Shown here: piece by piece, positions 8,492-14,991 of the stretch
Position numbering within the stretch: the first letter of the stretch is position 1
Layout: every line of letters begins with the position of its first letter
Virus record (IMG/VR): IMGVR_UViG_3300020042_008368
Coordinates: 1-24,418 of that record
Source of the DNA: a virus
Taxonomy: Duplodnaviria; Caudoviricetes
Direction: 5' to 3' (one strand)
DNA length: 24,418 nucleotides
Translations under genes and position numbers: made by a program
Notes under the pieces: generated by a model
The model's database searches: none
The model's input: only the letters and a program-made list of their open reading frames with translations
What the model was told of the DNA's origin: nothing

Positions 8492-8689
8492 TGTTATTAA
8501 AAAGTATTTACACGGTTTAAAATAAGTTTACGAATAAAACTAATAAGTTATAGAAAAGAACCTGGGCGCTCACCTCGCCCAGTTCGCTCCAATCGGCTTG
8601 CAGGCCTTTTAGAGCACCAAAACGCAATAGTAGTGCGTCTGTATTACAAAATACAACCACTCCTCCAGGCGTTCAAGGAGGAAAAGAAA

Positions 8690-9511
8690 ATGGCTCGAAT
8701 AAATATAGAAGACAAGTGGTGGAGTGACCCTCGTCGAAATCGTCTTATCGATAAATTAGGAAATTCAAAATTAGTTGATGGGCTGATGGTGCAGCTTTGG
8801 AGATATTCACAAAATCACAATGGTGAGCCATTTGAATGGAAAGGTATTTTAGAAGAAAATGAAGCGCAAGCACTTGCTTGCGTTGGCTTGTGTTTACTTG
8901 CTGAAAATGGAACAATTTATGTAAAAGGCTCTTCTGAAGCACATGAGTGGTTAAATAAACGACGTGAGTCGGGTAGAAAAGGTGGACAGAATGGAACCGG
9001 CGAACGAAAAAACAGATACTTAGCGCAAGCAAAACGCAAGCAAACGCAAGCCTCTTCCTCTTCCTCTTCCTCTTCCTCTATCTCTTACTCGAACTCTTCC
9101 TCTAATAATTGCGAAATTAAGAATTCCGCACCTGAAAAATCAGATGTTTCAATTGTAGGTAAAGTATTTAGGGAATCCTACAAAAGTTCTTATGGGAAAG
9201 AATACCCTGGTTGGGGAGCAAAAGAGAACGGTCAGATAAAGCAATGGCTAAAATCGATTAGCTTCGAGCAGGCTCAACGATTGGCAAAGGCCTACCCATA
9301 CTGGAACGACCCCTTTATATCGAAGCGTGGGCACCCCTTGGGGCTCCTTATAACCAATTATGTAGGGTTAAGTACTCACATCGAGAAGCCAAACGCCATT
9401 TTCGAGAAAATATCGGCCGGGAAAAACTTTGAATCTGCCCAAATGGATATGGCCAAAGGAGGAAGCTTATCAACTGATGACCTTCGGAATATGAAAGAAT
9501 TGGAGGCTTAG
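8690..9511 (+). CDS. Phage replication initiator (lambda O-like organisation)
   Basis: Likely start ATG 8690 after AAGGAGG. It has an N-terminal helical domain, RRESGRKGG, internal DNA repeats, a poly-Ser linker and a C-terminal domain, and is followed by a loader-like gene. Confidence 0.7.
   Translation: MARINIEDKWWSDPRRNRLIDKLGNSKLVDGLMVQLWRYSQNHNGEPFEWKGILEENEAQALACVGLCLLAENGTIYVKGSSEAHEWLNKRRESGRKGGQNGTGERKNRYLAQAKRKQTQASSSSSSSSSISYSNSSSNNCEIKNSAPEKSDVSIVGKVFRESYKSSYGKEYPGWGAKENGQIKQWLKSISFEQAQRLAKAYPYWNDPFISKRGHPLGLLITNYVGLSTHIEKPNAIFEKISAGKNFESAQMDMAKGGSLSTDDLRNMKELEA
8863..9052. repeat. Iteron-like 10-mers A(A/G)CGCAAGC(A/C) inside the initiator gene (putative origin)
   Basis: Direct copies at 8863-8872, 9022-9031, 9033-9042 and 9043-9052. 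Inverted copies at 8875-8884 (exact) and 8885-8894 (degenerate). Confidence 0.7.
9053..9079 (+). repeat. (TCTTCC)4.5 tandem repeat encoding a poly-Ser linker
   Basis: Read directly from the sequence. Confidence 0.85.
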
Positions 9512-9514
9512 GTC

Positions 9515-9979
9515 ATGTTGGCAGATGAATTCTTTAAAAGCTTCGAAATCCTCAAAAGACTTTATGGTGACAAATACTACAACGATACGCGCATAAAACT
9601 TTTGTTTAAGGAGTTTGGGGATATTAAATTTTTTCACTGGTTAGACGCCATCGACCACATTATTAACCGCAATCGACAAGCACCCATGTACGATGACTTT
9701 AAAGAAGCCGTAGATTTTATACTGAGCTCTAAAGGTATTACGTCAGAAAAACCAAACATGGACAACTTTGATGGATGTAACGCGTGTGATTATGCCGGCT
9801 GGTTTTACATTAAAACTATCGAAATAGACAAAACATATGGCAGACAATTAGAAGGCTGTGTTTCATGCTCGTGCCCTAAAGGACAATTCCTACAAAGAGC
9901 AAGCAAATTACCAGCATGGGAATCTTACAAGAACAAACATTTATTTGATAAAATCCCAGCAAAAAAATCTGACGTATGA
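9515..9979 (+). CDS. Putative replication partner (helicase loader-like) with a Zn-binding motif
   Basis: Immediately follows the initiator. Helical N-terminus, with CNAC...G...CSC.KG at the C-terminus. Confidence 0.5.
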   Translation: MLADEFFKSFEILKRLYGDKYYNDTRIKLLFKEFGDIKFFHWLDAIDHIINRNRQAPMYDDFKEAVDFILSSKGITSEKPNMDNFDGCNACDYAGWFYIKTIEIDKTYGRQLEGCVSCSCPKGQFLQRASKLPAWESYKNKHLFDKIPAKKSDV

Positions 9980-10026
9980 AAATAATATGGTTTACTAAAC
10001 GAACCTTTTGTGTAATAAATCGCTCC

Positions 10027-10146
10027 ATGAACTTTGCAAATTCAAACGAAAAAGTAGCTTTCCCCATTTAGATTTCGGCTTATTCCTTTTCACTTGCAAA
10101 GTTCAAAGGGAACATTCCCAGCTGAGATTTAGATGGGGATTTTTTT
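10027..10146 (+). ncRNA. Structured leader RNA / attenuator candidate with a 14-codon uORF
   Basis: 20-bp stem 10061-10080/10120-10139 with four G-U pairs and no mismatches, followed by T7. Competing 12-bp pairing 10028-10039/10094-10105. uORF at 10027-10071. Confidence 0.55.
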
Positions 10147-10166
10147 AAGATAGGAAGTCTTGAAAT

Positions 10167-10859
10167 ATGGAACAATCTGAAAAGATAGATCAGCTAGCAA
10201 TCGCGCTTAACTCCGCACAAAAACAAATCAAAGAAGCAGCTAAAGACGCGAGAGCTAACTATGGCATGTATGCAGATATCAACTCAGTCATTGATACCAT
10301 TAGGGAACCTTGCTTTTCTAACGGCTTATCTGTAGTGCAACTGCCAGGCATGGCCTTAGACGGATCTCCTACATTGTCGACTCAAATCATGCATACCTCG
10401 GGACAATGGATTCGATCTGAGACCCCACTTAAATGTAAAGATATGAATGACCCGCAAAAAGTCGGTGGTGCTATTACTTATTTTAGACGCTACATGCTTC
10501 AAGCAGGTTTTAGAATCGGCGGAGAAGACGACGATGGCGAGAGCGCTTCAAAATCTGAACAACAAAATCAACCTACTTTAATTAAAAATCCAAGCGTGCC
10601 TTCTTCTAATTACCAAATCACAACTGTCGATGATGACTGGGTTATCCCATTTAAAAAATTCCAAGGTAAAAAATTTAAAGACGTTCCTTTAAAAGACCTG
10701 GCTGGTTATGGCGAATGGATCAAGACAAGTGTCACTAGGCCTAGCCCAGATCATAATAAATTTTTAGCACTATTAGAAAAATTACAATCCATGCCACTGC
10801 CTATAAACAAACAAGATGAGGAACCTCCTTTTCCTTCAGTCGATGAGCTACCATTTTGA
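10167..10859 (+). CDS. erf: ERF-family single-strand annealing recombinase
   Basis: YADINSVIDTIR...NGLSVVQ, DPQKVGGAITYFRRYML and EDDDG motifs; acidic C-terminal tail DELPF. Confidence 0.88.
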   Translation: MEQSEKIDQLAIALNSAQKQIKEAAKDARANYGMYADINSVIDTIREPCFSNGLSVVQLPGMALDGSPTLSTQIMHTSGQWIRSETPLKCKDMNDPQKVGGAITYFRRYMLQAGFRIGGEDDDGESASKSEQQNQPTLIKNPSVPSSNYQITTVDDDWVIPFKKFQGKKFKDVPLKDLAGYGEWIKTSVTRPSPDHNKFLALLEKLQSMPLPINKQDEEPPFPSVDELPF

Positions 10860-10873
10860 TTTAAAGGTTTACT

Positions 10874-11104
10874 ATGCCAATAATTAAACAAACTAAACTT
10901 GGCCTGATTAGCCCAATCATTATTGAGATCAATGAGATCCCGGTCTACCGAAAGAATGCTAAAGGAAAAACTAGATACAAGACTTCTATTATTGGCGGGA
11001 AACTTGACGGCATCACGCAATACTCTGCAACAAAAGATACTGCCATGAAAGACCACGGAAGTCTTGTTGCACTCGTCCGTAAGAACTTAGGTATAAATGA
11101 CTAA
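10874..11104 (+). CDS. Hypothetical protein, paralog of 11235-11471
   Basis: Shared motif EIP...(Y/F)KT.I.GG..DG...A...H..L. Confidence 0.7.
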   Translation: MPIIKQTKLGLISPIIIEINEIPVYRKNAKGKTRYKTSIIGGKLDGITQYSATKDTAMKDHGSLVALVRKNLGIND

Positions 11105-11231
11105 GCATAAATTAATCGAAAGATTACCCTGCGATTATGAGGCTTCTAAATACAGTTTCTTAATGGCAGTTATTGCTTTGCTTTTCTTTTTAATAGGAGG
11201 TTTGTCATCTGCTTATCTAATAAATCCATAG
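11097..11231 (+). CDS. Small membrane protein (44 aa)
   Basis: MTKHKLIERLPCDYEASKYSFLMAVIALLFFLIGGLSSAYLINP*. It fills the gap between its neighbours and has one TM helix. Confidence 0.6.
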   Translation: MTKHKLIERLPCDYEASKYSFLMAVIALLFFLIGGLSSAYLINP

Positions 11232-11234
11232 AGT

Positions 11235-11471
11235 ATGGAGCATCTTATGAAGCTGCTGCGAGAGACTATCTTTACGTTCTCTAGTGGGGAGACGGTTGTT
11301 GTGGAAACCATAGAGATTCCAAAGTCTAAGTCTTTTAAAACACACATCGTCGGCGGGCCTCGAGATGGGCTCGGTCATTTTTATAGAGATGCATGCAGCG
11401 CACTTCGCGGACACACGCAGCTCAAGGCTGCCATACAGAAGGGAGTCTTATGGAAACCAAAGAAGAGCTAA
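11235..11471 (+). CDS. Hypothetical protein, paralog of 10874-11104
   Basis: EIPKSKSFKTHIVGGPRDG...ALRGH. Confidence 0.7.
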   Translation: MEHLMKLLRETIFTFSSGETVVVETIEIPKSKSFKTHIVGGPRDGLGHFYRDACSALRGHTQLKAAIQKGVLWKPKKS

Positions 11472-11665
11472 AGAAAGAAGATGATATGCCCGAAGAGTTT
11501 AAGCAGCCCGTGCCCGAGTCCCTAATGGCTAGGAAGAAAAGATGGGACCGCATATTCTATTCACTGCCAAGGCACACAGATGTTGCGTCCTATGTTGAGC
11601 GCATGCGTAAGGCATGGGAACTATTGAGAGAGGAAGAGTATGTTGACGCAACGCGTAGCTCGTAA
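11450..11665 (+). CDS. Hypothetical protein
   Basis: Likely start ATG 11450 after GGGAG; charged helical protein. Confidence 0.55.
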   Translation: METKEELKKEDDMPEEFKQPVPESLMARKKRWDRIFYSLPRHTDVASYVERMRKAWELLREEEYVDATRSS

Positions 11666-11671
11666 TACACT
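11643..11671 (+). promoter_or_regulatory. Sigma70-type promoter TTGACG-N17-TACACT
   Basis: -35 at 11643-11648 and -10 at 11666-11671, upstream of lipoprotein gene 11723. Confidence 0.65.
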
Positions 11672-11722
11672 AAGGTTGTATTTAAAACAAGCCCAGGGAC
11701 GAGGCCTACTAAGGAGTCCCTT

Positions 11723-12142
11723 ATGTTAAAAGTTAAGCACCTAGCCCTTCTTGCTCTTCTTATACTCACAGCCTGCGGAAGCGGTAGCAAAGGTGGGGGT
11801 TCCTCAGGCGGCGGCGATGCACCCGTCAACCCAGCCTCAGTCTCTGCATGTAACAACGGCGGACTTAACGGTAACTTCCATACTACCACCCCAGGGACCA
11901 CATCCTTCCTATCGATTCAGTCGTGTAACTTTACTCTTATATACGGTAACGGATGCTCGATTGATGGGACCATTGCAAATGAAAGCAACTCTGGAGGAAG
12001 TTTGTATGCGACCATTACAAATCAGACCGGCACTTGCGGCAACATCTCTTCGGGTACATGTAACTTCTCAAGAGCAACCTCGGGGATGATCCTTAATTGT
12101 GACAGCCTCTATATTCCCAGCGTCTACTTCGAGGTTCAATAA
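11723..12142 (+). CDS. Lipoprotein (moron-like, possible superinfection exclusion)
   Basis: Signal MLKVKHLALLALLILTAC with lipobox LTAC, a G/S tether and a Cys-rich beta domain. RBS AAGGAG and its own promoter. Confidence 0.75.
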   Translation: MLKVKHLALLALLILTACGSGSKGGGSSGGGDAPVNPASVSACNNGGLNGNFHTTTPGTTSFLSIQSCNFTLIYGNGCSIDGTIANESNSGGSLYATITNQTGTCGNISSGTCNFSRATSGMILNCDSLYIPSVYFEVQ

Positions 12143-12144
12143 TT

Positions 12145-12327
12145 ATGAGGCTTCTCATCTGCACGTTTCTTCTTGTCTGTTGTACAAAGAAAAATAAAAA
12201 CATCGTAGCTGAGATGACCTCGACCGGATGGTACTCGGCATGTTCGGAAACCGAATGCGCCATATGTAGAGAAGATGATATGGACCCATGGGAGGCGATA
12301 GATAAATGCTTGAGTTATCTGAAATAG
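12145..12327 (+). CDS. Small Cys-rich putative lipoprotein
   Basis: MRLLICTFLLVCC signal; motif YSACSETECA shared with 13386-13628. Confidence 0.55.
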   Translation: MRLLICTFLLVCCTKKNKNIVAEMTSTGWYSACSETECAICREDDMDPWEAIDKCLSYLK

Positions 12328-12506
12328 AAATAAGGAAAGACATCGAGAACATAGGCACGTCTCAGATTTATCTTATGCTTCGTAAATTAAATAAAGAGCT
12401 GGCCTTCGTTGCCTTCACTGAGGCATCAAGTCCAGAGGTAAGTAAATACATAGAGCAGCTAAAGCTACTCAAGAAACTTCTAACAGAAAGGCTAGAGGAG
12501 AAATGA
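12306..12506 (+). CDS. Hypothetical protein
   Basis: RBS GGAGG upstream; helical; coupled to the next gene. Confidence 0.6.
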   Translation: MLELSEIEIRKDIENIGTSQIYLMLRKLNKELAFVAFTEASSPEVSKYIEQLKLLKKLLTERLEEK

Positions 12507-12709
12507 AAGATCAAGACGATCTATTTAGTTTCGATATGCGTGAACAAGAGAAACTTTGGTGCGAGAAAGAAATCGCTAATGAAGATATTTCTCGAATAGA
12601 ACGCATAACTAGTCTTAAGAATCAAATACTCTTTCACGTTATTAAAGATGAATTTGCTGAGATAAGAAAAAAAACGCTTGCACTTATGTTGAAGAGAAAC
12701 AATAAATGA
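12503..12709 (+). CDS. Hypothetical protein
   Basis: RBS GAGGAG; ATGA overlaps at both ends. Confidence 0.6.
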   Translation: MKDQDDLFSFDMREQEKLWCEKEIANEDISRIERITSLKNQILFHVIKDEFAEIRKKTLALMLKRNNK

Positions 12710-13389
12710 ATTTAATTTCGGGCGGCGACAAGAAACGCGGATACGTTAAAGAGGCAGTTGACACATGGACATCTTGGCCAAAGTCCTCGCGTAAATCGAT
12801 TGGATCGGATAGCTTCTGCAACCAATTCGCCCGAATCTTTTTGTTATTTCTATGCTTTCAATCCATAGCCCAAGAGCAAGGCAAATCCATTAAATTAGAA
12901 TGGAACTTTAATAACGACATACGTAATTTAGATGGCTTTAGAATGCATTGGGGTACCGAGTCCCAGCGGTATACAACTCACATTGACATATTAAAAGATG
13001 GTCTCGGAGGATTGCAAAACAACGTAGAGATTAAAGGCTTTATTGCTCAAACCACCTACTACTTTGCTGTCACTGCATTTAATAAATCTGGAGAGTCGCC
13101 GCACTCAAATGAAGTACGTTGGACTGCCCCAAAAATTATTGGGAAAATGTTTCAATTAAGCACCAACATACAGCCAGACCCAGGCGGTTTAACTAGCAAA
13201 GTAACTTTTAAGATTGAAGGCGGAGAGCCTGATAAGAATGCACGCCTACTAGCCTCCTTTGATCTTAGAACATGGATAGACTTTAGCCAGGTGCGCCTAG
13301 ACGCCAATGGCGAGGCTACTCTTGAGGCAGAGTTAAACCAGCAAAGAAGAATGTTTTTTAAAGCAGAGATAGTAAAGAAGAATAGATGA
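12706..13389 (+). CDS. Secreted fibronectin type III domain protein with a displaced signal peptide
   Basis: FN3 pattern KLEW...GF.MHWG...YYFAVTAFNKSGESPHSNEV. The hydrophobic core IFLLFLCFQSIA begins only at residue 44. Confidence 0.75.
   Translation: MNLISGGDKKRGYVKEAVDTWTSWPKSSRKSIGSDSFCNQFARIFLLFLCFQSIAQEQGKSIKLEWNFNNDIRNLDGFRMHWGTESQRYTTHIDILKDGLGGLQNNVEIKGFIAQTTYYFAVTAFNKSGESPHSNEVRWTAPKIIGKMFQLSTNIQPDPGGLTSKVTFKIEGGEPDKNARLLASFDLRTWIDFSQVRLDANGEATLEAELNQQRRMFFKAEIVKKNR
12717..12835 (+). other. Inverted-repeat-bounded structured element 1 within a gene 5' end
   Basis: TTCGGGCG (12717-12724) pairs with CGCCCGAA (12828-12835). Internal stems ACGCG/CGCGT, GGAC/GTCC and ATTGG/CCAAT. Confidence 0.5.
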
Positions 13390-13628
13390 AATCAATTTCG
13401 GGCAGTATCAAACTGAAATGTAGCAAGGATGGCTTAAGGGCTACAAAATTTCTTCAAGGAAGACAATTCATTGACTTAAGCCGTTGCTGCCCGAAAACTT
13501 TTTTTATCCTACTCTGCATTCTCGCATCATGCGGAAAGCATAAGATGACATCTGCTGAGATTAGGCACCCAGCCCAGTTTAGTGTGTGTTCTGAGATTGA
13601 GTGTGCTTGTGTATTGGAGAAGAGATGA
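13386..13628 (+). CDS. Small Cys-rich putative lipoprotein with a displaced signal peptide
   Basis: FFILLCILASC lipobox begins at residue 39; motif FSVCSEIECA. Confidence 0.55.
   Translation: MKSISGSIKLKCSKDGLRATKFLQGRQFIDLSRCCPKTFFILLCILASCGKHKMTSAEIRHPAQFSVCSEIECACVLEKR
13396..13496 (+). other. Inverted-repeat-bounded structured element 2 within a gene 5' end
   Basis: TTTCGGGCAG (13396-13405) pairs perfectly with CTGCCCGAAA (13487-13496). Internal stems TGTAGC/GCTACA, TCTTC/GAAGA and alternative GGCTTAAG/CTTAAGCC. Confidence 0.5.
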
Positions 13629-13951
13629 ATATTAAAGAACTTAAAGATATCTTAGATAAGACCGACTGCATTCATTTTATTAAGCATCATAAGAAAGATG
13701 AAGTTATTTTAGGCGGGACAATGCTTTATCGAATGGAGCCTTCTGAATTGAGCGTCATACTGACCGACCGTGAGCAGCTTCGGCTCGAGCACAAAAGAAT
13801 ATTAAAACAACTCAATTGTATTTGTATTATGAAAGTTAATTTAGAACCAGAAATTTATAACCTAAATGAGGATGAAATGAACCTTGTCTTTCACGCGCGT
13901 GATTGTTCATATTATGCACTAAAGAAAAGCGATATACTGGAGGAGATATGA
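13625..13951 (+). CDS. Hypothetical protein
   Basis: Likely start ATG 13625 (GGAG RBS, ATGA overlap with the previous stop). Confidence 0.6.
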   Translation: MNIKELKDILDKTDCIHFIKHHKKDEVILGGTMLYRMEPSELSVILTDREQLRLEHKRILKQLNCICIMKVNLEPEIYNLNEDEMNLVFHARDCSYYALKKSDILEEI

Positions 13952-13997
13952 GTAAATATACTACAACAAAACACTGTACTAAATATATCGAGGTATT

Positions 13998-14210
13998 ATG
14001 AAACCACTCGTCGTAATTGATTTATTCGGTGAAATATACATAGCTACTTCACTCCATAAGTTTGTAGATGCGCCCGATCAATTTTCTGATTATATTTGTG
14101 AAGTTATAGAACCATTGTCGACAGCGTACCTAATTGAGGGGCACAGTTTGTCGTTTTTTATCAATCCAATAGAGCTATTTGCATGGTACGAAATACTTGG
14201 TGAGCTATGA
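13998..14210 (+). CDS. Hypothetical acidic protein
   Basis: RBS GAGG; ATGA coupling to the next gene. Confidence 0.6.
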   Translation: MKPLVVIDLFGEIYIATSLHKFVDAPDQFSDYICEVIEPLSTAYLIEGHSLSFFINPIELFAWYEILGEL

Positions 14211-14485
14211 CAAGCAATGAAATACTTATGCAATGTATAGAAGAACTAACCAGCGCACTAAAGCATTATGGCGACAGACCCAGAAACTACATCGCCCAAG
14301 ACGCACTTCTTTCGGTGTCCAATATTCTAAGGGATCATCCAACTCTTTCACAACCACCGAAGTTCACCATAGGTAAATACTCCATTACTCAGAATGAGCA
14401 TGGCGTCTGGTTTACTCGGGACTGCGGAGAATCTATGCAGGTTCACGAGCTTCATTTTGATGAGTTTTGGAAAGAGTATTTTTAA
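14207..14485 (+). CDS. Hypothetical protein
   Basis: Tightly packed in the early operon. Confidence 0.6.
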   Translation: MTSNEILMQCIEELTSALKHYGDRPRNYIAQDALLSVSNILRDHPTLSQPPKFTIGKYSITQNEHGVWFTRDCGESMQVHELHFDEFWKEYF

Positions 14486-14773
14486 ATGACTAAAGAAGAA
14501 ATCCATTTAAAGGCCGTCAAGATTGTAACCGATTACCTTGTGTCAGATAAGCCAGGCGATGCTCTTATCGATTCAATTGAAGCTGCGCTACATGAAGCAG
14601 AGTTTAATAGGCAAGGTCACGACTTCATGGAACAACGCAAAGATCTAAATATTTATTCTAAGGCTGGGTTTATTAAGGGAGTACTCGAAGGGATTCTGAT
14701 AACCACTAATACTCAAGAGATGAAAAATGCTATTAGCCAAGCGCTTGATTATGTCGAAGAGATTTTCCCATGA
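14486..14773 (+). CDS. Hypothetical protein
   Basis: Starts immediately after the previous stop; ATGA overlap with the next gene. Confidence 0.6.
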   Translation: MTKEEIHLKAVKIVTDYLVSDKPGDALIDSIEAALHEAEFNRQGHDFMEQRKDLNIYSKAGFIKGVLEGILITTNTQEMKNAISQALDYVEEIFP

Positions 14774-14988
14774 AAGCCATCCTTGAGTTTAATCTTCCTG
14801 AAGATGAGCAAGACTTTGCTATGGCCACTAAGGCTACTAAGCTCGCCTGTATAATCTCTGAGTTTAATAACGAGTCTCTTCGCAAAAGAATAAAGTACGA
14901 CGCCAATACTCCGAGCGTAGTTGAAGAAATACAAAAAGAACTTTGGGCTTTCGTTAATGAGTATGGATGTAACGAGTTACTTGAATAG
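14770..14988 (+). CDS. Conserved hypothetical phage protein
   Basis: N-terminus MKAILEFNLPED is a pattern I recall from many small phage proteins. Confidence 0.7.
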   Translation: MKAILEFNLPEDEQDFAMATKATKLACIISEFNNESLRKRIKYDANTPSVVEEIQKELWAFVNEYGCNELLE

Positions 14989-14991
14989 CTA

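Noticed and set aside
8633-8689. GTG 8633 as the main start of the initiator
   Set aside because: No SD before it, whereas ATG 8690 has AAGGAGG. Kept only as a possible regulatory upstream start.
10027-10071. tmRNA-like tag (ANSNEKVAF...)
   Set aside because: It does not end in the usual Ala-Ala, and there is no tRNA-like domain nearby.
12717-13496. tRNA genes or T4 gene 60-style translational bypassing at the two inverted-repeat elements
   Set aside because: I could not find a T-loop (GTTCRA), D-loop or 7-nt anticodon loop. There is no in-frame stop after a take-off codon, and a matched landing codon fits only element 1.
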